Notes: generated from the letters alone by a model not told the origin. A stretch of 58,918 nt of DNA, filler included, from Platydemus manokwari (GCA_037951405.1; 5 parts of 5 records of this genome joined end to end with filler, not necessarily neighbours in it); one strand, 5' to 3'. Counted from the first letter of the whole stretch, positions 1-13,920 are shown. Program-made: numbers and translations.

Positions 1-590
1 AATTTTCCCCAAATCTTCTTCATAGTATTGAGTGTTGCCTTTTTGTAGTGATCAGGACCAAGTAAGTATTCATAATTGGCTTTTCGACTCCCTTTTGGCA
101 GGACAGTATCGATGAATTCGGTTAAGATGCGTTCTCTTTTTGATGGGAATAATAAATTTTGTCTGGCTTCTTCTAAATCTTCCTGTGATTACACCCCTGT
201 TGCTGCTAAATTATTTAAAGATGTAAAATTTATTAAATATTGCAATTTAGTTAATTCCAATTTCTCTGGCGGTTTGACGATATTCCTATTTTGTAGCGCG
301 ATCCAGTGGTCAGGGTTTGTTCTATACAATTGTGCCAAGATAGAATTACATTCTAAGCTTTTAGGTTTTGTTGCTTCTTCCAAAATAATTCTAGTTATTG
401 GCTCCATAAAGCGTAATTTGCCTTGAACATTAATTGGTAACTCATTTTTTACAGGTGTCATATTTCATTATTTGCACTGAAATTTTTTACATCTATAGCT
501 GTATAATGCTTCTCAAGAATACGACCAGATATTCCATTTTGAGCAACTATCATGGGCGGTACCGCATTAGGATTTGTTGGTGTCGAGTTC
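1..590 (-). pseudogene. Disrupted ORF of unknown origin (possibly viral or TE-derived), running off the window edge
   Basis: One frame covers 1-461 with a single in-frame TAA at 189-191, and a frameshift near 461 joins it to the upstream frame. It ends ...EFIDTVLPKGSRKANYEYLLGPDHYKKATLNTMKKIWGK. Confidence 0.3.
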
Positions 591-860
591 ATAAATACTA
601 GGGCTTTGTGATCGGTCTTCATGATGATTTTCTTCTCGTATAAATATTTAGTACAAATATTCTGTAATTCCTTATCTCCACCTGCAGTTTCGTAGTATAG
701 TGGAGCCGCTATTAAAACACAATCTTTGATGAATCGGCTGTAATAGTTTGTCAGCAATAAAAATGATCGCAGTTTGATGGTACACTGTGGTACTGAGACA
801 TTTTGTATCTGTTCAATCTTGTCGTAATTAGTCTGTATGCGTTTGGCATTAACCGCATAG
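585..860 (-). mobile_element. Degenerate Ty3/Gypsy pol fragment (RT C-terminus/connection plus RNase H C-terminus)
   Basis: The minus strand reads YAVNAKRIQTNYDKIEQIQNVSVPQCTIKLRSFLLLTNYYSRFIKDCVLIAAPLY (cf. Gypsy P..VKELRSFLGL.NYYRRFI..FA.IA.PL), followed after a short stretch by KYLYEKKIIMKTDHKAL (cf. RNase H YL.G..F...TDHKAL). Most of the RNase H core is missing. Confidence 0.75.
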
Positions 861-3449
861 CAAAAAAAACATTAATTTATCCGACTTTTAAATTCGTCAA
901 AACACCGCCTTCAGTAGATAAATGCTATGTCGTGCGATAACGAATCTAAATAAAAATGTAAGAAGAAATGAGGCAACCAGTGCTATTTCTATGTCATGAA
1001 TTGATGACGTAATACATTTTAATTTGAGTGATATGACGAATATTTCATGTTCGATGATATTGAAGGGCATTGACGAAGATTTAAAAAATAAGAATTTTGT
1101 GACACACAATAGGGATATTTGTCCAAGTTTTAAAAATGCTGAATGACGAATTTCTGATTATGCTGTGGTTTCAAGAATGAATTCAGTTGAAAAAAGTATG
1201 TCAATTGTGACTTTGAAATTTGATAAATGTATTAATGATTTTTTGAATTTAAATAATCGTAATAATTCTTAAGATTTTCTTTAATAAACACTCAATTGTT
1301 CTAAAGAAATTCCGGTTTTTAAGTTATAGACCTAATAGTTTGAACATTTTGTACGGATTTGTATTTTGACATAGGAGAAATCAATCTCGCTGACATAAGT
1401 GGTCATGATGAAGAGCTAAAGTCAATGCTCACTTCAACCGATAAAGATATTAAATTGATCATTATTATATTTTATTTGAACAACTTGACTTTAAAAAGGA
1501 ACTTTAGTAATAATAAAATACCTGGAGCAGAAAACCGTGGATAAAATCTCCTTATTATCTGTGCCCTAATTAAATCATATCTAATGATTGAGGATTTAAA
1601 TGATGTCATATTTAATGACTTTGAGTATTAGAATACGTTTATGAGTAATTACCTAATTGATGGTTCTTTTATTCAAAAACAATGCTCATTGGTGCTCATT
1701 GAAACTCTCTCACCGGTTATGATTTTATAAAGTAGATTCTCTTTTTATCATTATTCAGGGTGATATTTATAATATTTCGTCGCAACTAGGTAGTCATTAA
1801 AATGAATACCTTTTAGTGCGATTCGGGCAGAAATTTGAAATGTGAGGCCATTAAATTCGTATCAAAAGTAATTAGAGATAAATATAAATCTCAAATGAGA
1901 GAGAAGCGAAATTTTAATGGCCAAAATCATATAAAATTGTATGCAATCGCTAATTAGAATCCGAATATGGAATGATAATTGATGACTTGTTTATTTTCTA
2001 AACGGTCTTAAAAAACCTATTCATGTACACGACTTGAAATCTGATGGATGCACAACTGACATAGGTAATAAAGAAAATGAAATAGTTTAGGATAAGGACA
2101 CATTAAATAAAGATGTTAAAATTTTGTAACTAAAAATGATACAGTAAGTACTTGTAATATGTGCAAAGAGTTTAAGTCATAATCTGAATAGTATAAGTTT
2201 TTACTCTAGAATCTTCTGTAATGGATCCACTTAAATTTCCTTATGAACCGAAACTAGTTACAAAACTGTCGAATAATCTGAATTAAAACTTTAAGATGAA
2301 GAATAAGATCTTTAATTCGAATGTTTGTGTTGTGAATAATCCACATGTTCATGGTTTCAAGCAGAAAAATGGTTATTTATCAACCGTGTCCGATATGAAG
2401 TTTACCTATTACAATGTGGTAAAGTGGTAAAGTGAACCACGTATCACAACTAGGTAGAAGTGGTAGCATAAATAACAATACCGACTACAGTATAATAAAT
2501 TTTAAAATTATTAAAAGCGTTCATAATAAACTTTTTAATCAATCCATTATCACTGATGATGCAACGTTTACAAATAATACTTTAACCATCGCTATTCTCG
2601 ATCAATGTACAAATTATTTACAAAAATTTCTAAATTTTGATTAACTTATTCGAACTTCCAGGATCTTTGTATTTTTGAGGCCTCCTAAAGCTCACCAATT
2701 GCTTTTAGTTATTGACTTTGTTCGGAATTGTGTCTGTCTCTTAAAGCCGAAAATTTTAATTTGTAATGACCGATTTGTATCCTTGGCTAAAATAATCACT
2801 AATTCGATTTTTGATTTACTTGGTTTGAAAGAATTTTATGCTGTATGTCAATATGCAGAAAATGAAACTCGTGGTTTTTGGCTTTTTCTAATATTCTTAG
2901 ACGCGGTTACATGCTTAAAGATGACAATTTTTTTTTAATTTTAAAATAAAAGGTATAAGTCTTAATTTTTATTTTTCTATTTAGAAGGAGAGTATCTGTT
3001 TTTTAATTTTTTTATTCACTATAGAACACGAACTAATACTCTAGCAAGCAATCTGTCACCGTTGAACACAAATAAAGAAAGTAAAAAGTGCAGGCGTTGC
3101 TAAAGTTTCAAAGAAACGATGTCACAAGCTCTACAATTTTGTAAGTCAAATAAAAAGTTGCACACTGCTCGTCTTGATGGATGTTTAAATAAAATTATTG
3201 AATTTCTTCGATCGATAAGCATTATTGTTATGGTCAACGACATGTGTTCTTTAAAACTAGATAGCAAAGTTCGTATCGACTTAAAAGTAGCTGATGTAAA
3301 CAAGATAAAGATTGTGGACATGAAATGTTCGATGAATAACTCGCAAAACTTTGAGGAATTGAACAAAAATAATATAATTCACTAAATTCATTTTAGGAAT
3401 AAGCTACTCAAATTGAAACCTGATTTCAATATTGAAGTGTTCACATACA

Positions 3450-5770
3450 TTATAGACTCACTTGATACAGTTATTATTACAATTATAACATATGAACAGC
3501 TATTATATCCTCAGTGAAAGTTTTTGAATGTTTAAATGTTACTTTCGTTGTGAGTTGTTAATGATTTTTGGTATTATTGACTTTTTTCACATTTTGTCAT
3601 TTTCTTGTGGTCTCAACTGTTTTGCATAAAATGAGTTATTTAATAATTTAAACAGCTCAATTCCTATATCATCCGTATTTTGTATGGCAATACTTCTTTG
3701 ATGAATATTGAATTACACATATCTTCTTAAAAAACATTTACTTTTCATAATTAATTTTCTATAAATTTTTTTAATATCATTCCTTGATCTAAAAAAAAAT
3801 CTAAAACATCACCTAACACAATATATTTATTCTTATCTAAATGAGTTAACATTAGTTTTCTATAAAAGTATTTGAGGGTTGTGAACTTTGTTGATAAAGA
3901 GACAACATGTCGTGATTACCATTTTTTTATGAGGAGCTAGTGAAAAGTATTTAGTCTTTTCATGAATTTCGACAGGGTTTTCTAAATCAATCTCGTGTAC
4001 TAACTGCTTATAGATTTATAACCTTTTTTATACTTTTTACTAACTTAAACCAACATCTGAAATCGATTAAAATTCATGAAGCCATAACACTCAACCTTAT
4101 TAGGTTTACATTTGAGATATGCTATAAATTGACTAGGCCTGTACGCCATGTGTTTAAAACAGACTCATTCAGAAATGCTTGCTTATCACAGAATCGTAAT
4201 TAACTTAAAGCATTGTAGAATATATCAATATTATTGACATATTCTACGAGAATTACAATTTTAAGAAAATTAATTCAATAATATCAGTGTTATATTTTAA
4301 TGAGAATTACAAATCAATAATCAATAATTCATTGGCATTAATTTTGACATTCAAATCAATATTTGAACAAAATTGAAATGATATATGAAATAGCTTTGAA
4401 GTTAAACGTATTTGCTTTTCTCTAATAGGATATTCGATAAAAATTATAGAAAGGCTTAGATAATGTTCAAATGTGAAAGCACGTAAAATACAGTGCGTTT
4501 TGAAACTTTTGTTTTCATTTATAATTTCTTTAAAATTAAATTTTCGCTAGTAATGGAGCATGATTTCATTATTCGTATCCTTTAATACAGATGGTTTGGC
4601 AAATAAATCGAATGAAGCTAAAGCGTTAACTGGATAAATAGAAGAATAATAAATTTTGCCAACAAATCAATATATTTACATACAATTTTATAATTATCAA
4701 TACAACAATTATTAATACACGTCTTAGAAAGTATACATATCCTTTAATAATAAATGCCTATACTAATAAGTGAACTAAAGATAGATTGTAACTTTAATTT
4801 AAACAATTTTGAATACAATTCATTAAGAAATTAAACACACATAATTGCATTATTATTATTTTTATATTTATGAAATTTCAATGAAGTTTGTCAATCAACA
4901 TTCTCATCCAAATTGCCGGACATGTTGTAGGCAATGATTGTCCCAATACTTTATTTGTAATCGATTTGTCATTGAATTATAAAATTTTTGATAAAATATC
5001 AAAATCGATTATAATAATAATAAATTAAAAAATCAATGATTATAATCGATTAAATTATCATTCAAAATTTGTGAATAGGATTAGTATTTGTACCCGTTTA
5101 TTTTTGATTCTAACACTAAAATATATTAAAAGCATTTCATCAATATATTGAAATGGTATATGCGCTTCTTAAATTGTATTTTACACAATTTCCAATATAG
5201 GTGTATTCAGCATTATAACAAATACATCTAAGTTATAATTAGAGATGCATAATGAACCAATAATAATCAAATAATTGAATGACAAACAAATGTCTTTTTA
5301 TTATTTATTCAATAATATTGTAATATCTTTATGAACAGTTTCTAATGCATGAAGCTGAATTTTCAAAACACAAATATGGAAAATCAACCCAATTGTTATG
5401 AACATCACAATAACTGTCGTAAGAAGGACATGCTTGTATACATTCACAGTCATGTCTGACCAAAAGAATTGGATCTTTATTTTTACTTCCATTTCCATTC
5501 ATCATGTATGACAATATCAAAATGAAAATAAATAACTAAATTACCGAATTTATTTAATAAATGAATATATTTTAGCGATAAATATTGTTTACTAAAGACA
5601 AATTTCTGTCTAATGAAGATAATATAATTTGAGATTTAACACAAAGAGCATATTTTAAATATTCTAAAAATACATGTAAATCACAATAAGTTATGTGCTT
5701 AAAAAAATGCACATGATCCAAACAAAAAGGGAACCTTTTACAATAAACACTAGACAATAACATATACATT
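3450..5770 (-). pseudogene. Decayed LRR-containing GPCR (GRL101/LGR-like) relic A
   Basis: Broken minus-strand frames in the expected order: Cys-rich N-terminus (CECIQACPSYDSYCD), LRRNT-like CICYNAEYTYIGNCVKYNLRS (~5160-5227), LRR-like AFTFEHYLSLSIIFIEYPI, QAFLNE and EIDLENP, then hinge-like ITTCCLF (~3900). Many stops and frameshifts. Confidence 0.35.
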
Positions 5771-8149
5771 TATAAGGCAAAATACAAAAATCGATAATTA
5801 TTATTATAGAAAGTAAATCTTTTAAAACTCTATTCTTCATTGAAAATAGTCATTAATTATGGTTCCTTTCGATGTAGGGATGTGTAGAAATACCACTAGT
5901 GTCGAAATGATTATCGTCGTTCTTATCCAGATGAATAACGCTGCAAAACGAAGAGTAGTAACCCATGATTAGAAATATGAAAAGTCTTTAGGTTATACAT
6001 AACGTTATTGTATTAATACAATAACCATTAAATTAAAATTTAAAGATTACAAATGAAAACATAATTTTGGTGAAATTTTATTAGTCTATTTTAGTAGTTG
6101 TGATTATTGCTGACTAAAAATTATAAAATATGATAAAAATTATCATGAAGATAATGGCAGGAGTAAATGTGCAAAACTTTTACCGATCTTTGAAAACTAT
6201 ATTAATAAAATGAGCTCTGAAATAAGAAATTTTCAAATGCATGATAAGAAATCATTAAACCTAAATATTAAAACATCATTTTTTAAAAAACTAATTTGAT
6301 TGATAGACATCGATTATGTTACAAACGAATCTCTAACAACTGGAATATGATCATATGAAATATACAAAAGGTTATTGTATCAATAAGAGGGATCTTTTAA
6401 CAATCGTGTTGATAATATATACATTAGAATTAATGCTACATCACTAATACAGAGTTGGTCAATCTATGAAAATTTCATCAGATTATTCTGGTTTTTAAGT
6501 TTTTTATCAACAAAGTATAATTATTTTTGAATTATATTTGGTAATTCAGCAAATCGTATCATTTATTTGAATGGATCTCGAATTTTTACTCGATAGAATG
6601 AGGAAATTTCCATATTGAACATTGATTGTTCTAGACGAATTGACCTGATTACAAGGACCATTGTACACAAAAAGATTTTATAATTATATCAAGGTGATGT
6701 AGAATTTGCCGTACCAATATAATCTTGAGCCTGTTAGTTCAAAATTCAATTTGTCTGACTTATTTTTAAGGTATTTTCAAATTTCATATTTTAAGTTCTG
6801 AGTTCAGTTTAACTATTGCCACCTATGTTACTATTTGAAATTTACATTTAATAATTTCATAAAGTTTAGTCGAATCAAAAACGGACATCATAAGAAACTA
6901 CCAGTTAATACAAAAGCAATGAAAACCACAACAAGATTGTAATCCATCAATAAATACTCATTTGCAAACAAAGAAAAAGAGAAAATATAGAAAAATACAT
7001 GTTTATTACAATTGAAACGAGAATAGAGTTGCATAAATTTGACATGCTGTCACAATCTGAGATATAGCGGTATGAAGAGACTAGTTAATCATTCAGACTG
7101 AAAATAGATTAACCAATCAATAAAACATTATTGCTTCAAGGTTCGCACTATAACAGTCGTACGATCGATTAAGGAAAACCTGAACCAAATCATTATATCC
7201 ACACAAAATTTAAAACTAACGGGAACCGATATGATGTACTAATTTAAATAATTCTATCTGACTCCTTTACAAAACAAATAAATTATTTTCAAATTTTGTT
7301 AATATTTGCATCTAATCTGGAATTTACCGACCGAAAATTTTTTTTCAAATTTTATATTATGAACTCCCATCTAATAATTAGTTAAAAGGATTTCATTTTA
7401 TTATATTCACGAAAAAAAAAATTATTATATAAAAATATTTAATAAGAAAATTCAAAATTACTTAATTCTTTCTTTCCACAATTTATTCGAAATCAAATAA
7501 TAAAGTAGGAACACCGATCACTATTGATTTTCGTTTAGAGATATCAAATGTAAGAAATGTTAACATTGATTAATTCTACGAATATTCCTGTGTATATAGA
7601 CAAAGTTTTAAACAGTATTTTATAAATATTAGAAATCACTTGAAGATCATGATAAAAAAGGTAAAAATTTTATTTTTAATTTGTAAAAAATCTCGAATGA
7701 ATATTAAAACAAAATAATATTAAAGTCTTAAAGAATTGATCAAAATAATATTTATAAATGATAACTTTATTGATTATAATCACTGTTGTTTTGATTTTAA
7801 TTTTTAAAAATGATTTTTATATTCACTTAATAACTTTATGCTACCAGGTCAATATCGATCTGAAAGTAGGTATCGTGTTAATTAAAGCGTGAAATATGAA
7901 AATATGAATTAAACACAAGCTTGTAAATTTCATTTATTAATCAAGCAATAATAATTTCGATCTGTTTGTTAAATAACTCCTTAAAATTGTATTCAAAATA
8001 AATATAAAAACGGTCAGTGCTCTTCAGATCAAATTGCATTGTACGAGTCACATCATAGACACTTTCAGTCAAAATATTTATTTAAAGCACTACACTAATC
8101 TGCCAACGCTTTTCTTTATTTAATCACGTTTCTCGCCTTCTCTTACGGT

Positions 8150-8839
8150 TCCCTCCACCGTTTCAGCCAAACAAGTTGTCCTAATTTTATCGCGGTTGAA
8201 TTTCCAATTGTCTGTCTGACTTGGATGAAGTAATTCAAAAAAGGTGACTCACTTCTGCATGAACATTGATCTTCTATACGTAGATTATCTCAAAGAGCGA
8301 GAACCTCTTGTTGATTGAAGTGTTGCGTTGATGCAGAACTCTGAGCAACAATTCAGCTCAATGTTTCTTAGGGCTCTAACTCTTTAAAGTAGCCTTTATC
8401 ATATTTCGTTCCATCCTGATGACTCTTTCCGCTAGCCCGTTCGATTGTTGTCCGTATGGCGAGCTGAATTCTTGTTTAATACCCAATTGTGAGCACGCCT
8501 TCTTCATAAATTTACCTCCAATATGTTTTCCCGTTTTTAGAAAGAATGATCTTAAGCTTTCCAAAACGAGAAATTAACGAGTTCAAAATGATCTAAAAGA
8601 TTGTCTTTTGTCTTTGGGCAATGAGGATCATTAGCTTATTAAATCTATCGATAATGACCACTATATATTTCTTGCTACTATGTATCGTGTCCATTTAGGA
8701 AATGTCCACCACGATTGTCTCTTGAAACTCAGAGCCTATCTGAGGGATCAAAAATACCCTAATTCCGAATTTATCTATCTTTCTCTTTGCACATATAATA
8801 CATTCTTCCAGTATGTCTTTGATAGTGTTGACCATGTCT
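8150..8839 (-). mobile_element. Degenerate Ty3/Gypsy integrase (rve core), truncated by assembly gap
   Basis: TIVVDIS*MDTIHSSKKYIVVIIDRFNKL (first catalytic Asp region) and KKACSQLGIKQEFSSPYGQQSNGLAERVIRMERNMIK (cf. SPYHPQSNGLAER), with stops and frameshifts. Confidence 0.8.
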
Positions 8840-8939
8840 NNNNNNNNNNNNNNNNNNNNNNNNNNNNNNNNNNNNNNNNNNNNTTAATTAATTAANNNNN
8901 NNNNNNNNNNNNNNNNNNNNNNNNNNNNNNNNNNNNNNN
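8840..8939. other. Assembly gap spacer
   Basis: 44 N + TTAATTAATTAA (stops in all six frames) + 44 N. Confidence 0.97.
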
Positions 8940-9549
8940 TACTAAGACTGATAAGGTACAGAAAGTGTTTAAAATAGGGAATAATATATCAAATCCCATA
9001 AGCAACATACTTACTGAAGCGTTGCTGATATCTTCCTGGAAATTTTAATTAGAAAGGTTCAGATAGTATCAGGAAAAAATAAGAGCCAAAATTTTCTCCG
9101 GATTTATTCTTAATATGCCAAAATAAAAATGAAAACACGATACACATCTTGAATCGAGTTCAGGTTGCAACAAGAGTTCTCAAATGTTTGGGTTTTTAAA
9201 CAATCGCTTCATTTTGAAAATTTATAAAGATTTGTTACCTTTCTACGAAAAGGCAAAGTGCGAAATTTATATTTTAGATAAATTTTGCTGAAAAGTTCAG
9301 ATTGTTATTCAAAGTTTATCAGCTACAATACCTCATAACCCATTGGATCTCACAAAGGAACAAATAGATTGTTAATACTGTTTCTTTTAAATTTAGACTT
9401 AGACTGGCTAGACATCATTGACATAGCTTCGACTTCAACAAATATTTGACATTCAGATTTTTCAATTTTCGAAATTATTCTTTATTAGTCTCAAAACTAT
9501 TTACATTGGAACTATCAATGTAAGCATCTTTTAATTTTTTGATAAATAT

Positions 9550-10350
9550 CCGTAAATGCTTTTTAGTAATTTAGTAATTGTAATTAACAACTCCACCTTT
9601 TTATCCTGTTTCTTCCGCAGTAGTTTCTTATTTGGTAATAATCCATGTAGTTTTGATGTGCCCTGCCTTTTTTGACCAAGGTTTTTCGCTATCATTTTTT
9701 TGTTATAAACAGATTGTATTGTTTTAAATTAATTATTTCTTTATTTAAGTTTTCGGGTCATAATTATTATGATTTTAATAATATAAACAGTGTTAATTAT
9801 TTTAGGAATCATCCTATTATTATAATCAAATCGAAATTTTTTATTTGATACAGTCGCACTTTCAATCGGTTTTCAAATTTTGTTTCACATTACTCTTCAT
9901 TGATAGCAATGCACTTTTAAACTTTCAAGGTTGTTCCAAAGGTTAACCTTCATATAAACCATAGAAGCCTTTCATCAATTCTCTTACCAAGCAAACAACC
10001 CTATGTTGTCAACATTTTTTATTTAATATATTGATGAATTTGCTATTTTTCATTTACAAAGATATTATTTGCTTAGGGTAAACAATATTCCTGTTTATTT
10101 GTAATTATTCTTTACAATCATTTTAATAATAATTCATAACTTTTTCATGATTAATAATTGTGAACTTAAAATTTAACTTTTTAAGAACTAAATATTTTTG
10201 TTTTTTACAATTATCCAGAATTTACAATCTAAATAATAAAATTTCATTTGTTCCAGACTTTTATAAGTCTATAACATAAATATTGCTTCCTGAAGTCATT
10301 TAATTTAATTGGTATACTAGTAAAACGATTTTGAATTTTTAAATTATGCT
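9550..10350 (-). mobile_element. Possible highly decayed non-LTR retrotransposon (CR1/L2-like) ORF2 fragment
   Basis: Minus strand KAGHIKTTWIITK resembles the N...K.TW..I motif upstream of CR1/L2 RT. The rest is heavily degraded. Confidence 0.2.
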
Positions 10351-10964
10351 AAAATAAATTTTCAATTAGTTTTTTTAATTGTATTCGAATATGGGCAAAT
10401 TACACTTGTTCTTGTTTATAGTAATTACGAAGAGTTGAGAAATATCACTTTCTGAATATACTTCAATATTGGCTATATCTAATGCTCTATTTAAATATTT
10501 TTCCTAAAAATTATAATTTACTTATAATTATCTGAACTAAAACCTAATGAAACTTTTTCATGTTACATTCCGCTTTTATTTTATGTGTTATTTGCGGAAG
10601 TAATAAGGCCTTAAATATTTTCATTTAAACCAATTTTTATTATCACAAAATAAATTGCAGGCGGATTTCGAGATTACATAATCGATTTTAAAATGATTAT
10701 AATGTCAAAAAGGAAATTTTTAAAGAAATTTTATGTTTATAATTTCAATATAAATATATTAAAAACATCTTAATTGCTTTTGTGTGAAAAATGTAATCTA
10801 AAAAAGCTTTTAAAGATTAAACTCGAATTTCTAAAATTAATTTGTTGGAATATTTCCGTTGAACTTATCTTAATTTAAAAATATCAATTAACTCAAACGA
10901 TTTATAATTATTTCAACTTTGTTTAAGTTATACAGGATAAATTTTAAAATTTATTTTATTATTA

Positions 10965-11719
10965 ATGGATATATCCATGTTAATGAATCCTTTGAAAAGA
11001 GTAAATATGTATTCATTTATTAGTTGATAATCAACGAAATATTTTAGCATGCTAAAGATAATTATTTTGCCGATTCAGAAATAAGACATAAATATCAGGT
11101 ATTTTAACTTATTTGAATTTTAACAAAGCGATCTTTAATATTCTTTTTCCTCTAATTTTTAAAGAAAGAAAATGAATCATCTTCTAATGATTGCCAAGTA
11201 ATTGATAAGATAAGATTAATACGTGTACATTTTCTTTTCTAACAGATTATATCGGAAAATATACCATCAAATCAGAACAATTATAAATCACCTGTTTTAC
11301 CGCCTTCGTTAAATACTAAAGAAAAAATGAAAATCCTCCAAGAATGGGTCAATAGTATTCCGAATGATTCTTCTTGGGACACGTGCGAAAGCAGTTCCCG
11401 TAGTAATTCTTTGACAGTCACTTCGGACGAATTCACGAAACCTCATGATGAAAGCGCCAATATCAGTGATGGGGAAATTATTCCTAATCGAAACTGCAAA
11501 AAACTCTTCACATCAACAGAAACCCAGCTCATTGTTCAATTATTTTGTCATCATTTCAAACAAGGTACTCTTCCAACGATCACCGAAGTACGACGAATCA
11601 TTCAGAACAATGCCGTCGGTCTCGTTCGGACACCAGAATCAGTGCGTGCGAAAATCAAACGTTTGCAAAGCACAGGCGATTGGGCAAATTTCATGGGGAA
11701 GAATATTTATACTTTGTGA
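10965..11719 (+). CDS. Four-exon gene for a ~197-aa protein with an acidic/Ser-rich linker and a C-terminal Myb/SANT-like helix-turn-helix domain
   Basis: Exons 10965-11000, 11048-11098, 11165-11197 and 11246-11719. Three phase-0 GT..AG introns (47, 66, 48 nt) splice in frame without stops (MDISMLMNPLKR|HAKDNYFADSEIRHKYQ|KENESSSNDCQ|IISENIP...). The C-terminus KKLFTSTETQLIVQLF..HF....LPTITEVRRII......RTPESVRAKIKRL fits a Myb/SANT-like pattern. A T-rich 3' region follows. Confidence 0.75.
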
Positions 11720-12329
11720 TGAAAGATTTTCTCCTTTTTTTTTGGTTTTTTTGCCATTTCAGTTTGGTTCTTTTCTGTTTTTTGTAAGATTGTAAATATA
11801 ATTCGAGTATTTTTTGCGCTTTTCATGAAATTTATTATTGTAATTTAATTGTAAACAATTCAGTTTGTTTATTTTTTGTTTTGTTATTGATTTGTACTAT
11901 TATTGCGAAACAGTTTTTTCGTGGTTGATTATTTTGAGATTGTAGGTAACGATTATGTGAGATTTATTTTCGACACGTTCAATGGGTGGAACATGCTTTT
12001 GGTGGTGAAAGAATTATGCAATGTTTTAAAAATATTGTTTTTTGTATTTGTTATTTTTCTAGCCGGATGTTTTTCTTCATTAATTGTCTTCATTCGATTA
12101 TTTTTTTCCACAATTTTAACATTGAACTGAATAATAGAGTGGGAAGAGTTGTTTATTGCGTTGAAAAAAATTGAAACAATAATTGATTGTTGATTAAAAA
12201 AAAATCATGTTTTTATTAATTTATTAACACATTTTTATTGTCTTAAACAAGTCGAAATTAACGAATCTAGTTGTTTTTATTTGTGATTATTAATTGAACG
12301 TTAAGCATATTTTTATTTAAATGATCAAA

Positions 12330-13250
12330 TACGAATTAGGTCATCTTATTTGATGATTTTATCAATGTTAGTTTTAAACATAATGTAAACTGAATAATGA
12401 AATTGACGTTTAATTACAATGATTCCCTTTTATATAAACGACTGTAATTTAAATCCGGTTTTTCATAATCGTTTGCGATAATAAATTAGTATTAATATTT
12501 GGCATTAATTAAAAATTTATTATAAAATCGAAGGTTGAGCATTTATATTTTAATAACTAATAGCGCGTGAGTACTTATGATTTGTTATATTACAAAATTG
12601 GATTAATTAATCATTGAATGTTTTATGGATGAAATTATATTTAAAGGCTGACATATTATTAAATATTATTCTAAGTGCTTTTACATAATTTGATCAATAA
12701 TTGAAAATTTTATTATACTATCCTACACAAGTATTTAAATATGGCTTTCTCCATATAATCAATAATTCATAATGATCAACAATCATGTTAAAGTTTAATT
12801 CCAAATTTTACGTTTAAGCTTATATTTATCAAACTGATACGTTTTTCATTGACGAAATATAAATCAAATTGTATTTTTAGAATAAAATAGTGATTTTCAA
12901 TATTTAATTTGTAATGTCGATTGTGATTGAAGTCATTATTATTATCATCTATCAAAGTTTCTCGCTACTTTACTCTGGACATTGACCGATTTGAAATAGG
13001 CACTCGTTATAAATTTGTTTGAAATCAAATTAGATTTATAAACAGAATTTTAATCGAATTGTTTTGATTTGATTATTTTATTTAATTCAAAGAAAGACAA
13101 ATCAAGAATGAACATATCTAGGTTTTCTTCAAAATGAAAATTTTTATCATTTGATGGAAGACTTTTAAGTTTTGATGAATTCAATTATTTGCTCTTATTT
13201 TAATCAATTCAAATACCGAACTAATGATTGGTTAAGAAAAACAATGTCTG
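12330..13250 (-). pseudogene. Possible LRR (LRR-GPCR) relic B
   Basis: Broken minus-strand frames: SKLKSLPSNDKNFHFEENLDMFILDLSFFEL, ETLIDDNNN, VKALRIIFNNM. AT-rich DNA can mimic LRRs. Confidence 0.2.
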
Positions 13251-13920
13251 AGATAATCGATAAGTAATGCTTGTTTTATAGCTGTTTTCAAATCGAGGCT
13301 GAGAATTTGTTCGGCGACGATTTAATTTTTGCTATAAAAGGCCTTCAAATATTCAAAATTTTATCAACAATTATAGGGGTATCTTGTAGCATACTGCATA
13401 GACGTACTGGGGGAGTAGCACGGATGATTCTGTCTTTAACATGTTTGAATATAATGACTGTTAACATAAAAAATTGAGAGCGATAATTGACTAAGAATAG
13501 AAAAGCTAAGAAATCCACTTTTGAAACGTTGTACAAACCTTGAAGATAGCTAGCGGCACGTGTGTTACTTGATTTTCAGTGCCTCTAATACAACAAGAAG
13601 TAAGGAAATATCGTTCGGTCTATTTATGGAAAACTAATCAGAGGAATTATTTTACCTAGATACATGAGAAAACAAGATACAAACACTAATAATTGATACT
13701 AAACAAACAGAGCCAGTTATTTATTGATCGTAATTCTTCATTCTTTATGTTTGTAGGATTGTATAGACCATGTTAAGGAATTTTTATGTTGTAGCTTTTA
13801 TTTTTCAATAATCATTAATAGATATTCTCACGACATTCCATCATTTATAAAATAAATTACCATGCAACAATATAATAACATGATAATGAAATTAAGTAAC
13901 CAATGAATGTATTATTTTAA

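Noticed and set aside
76-426. 116-aa plus-strand ORF
   Set aside because: Antisense shadow of the minus-strand disrupted ORF; no motif.
1290-3400. Short ORFs with faint LINE-endonuclease-like (LMIEDLND) or transposase-like words
   Set aside because: Too degraded to assign by eye.
11445-11795. Alternative-frame ORFs (116 aa and 80 aa) overlapping the Myb-like exon
   Set aside because: Out-of-frame shadows. Only the 11327 frame is supported by splice phase and domain pattern.
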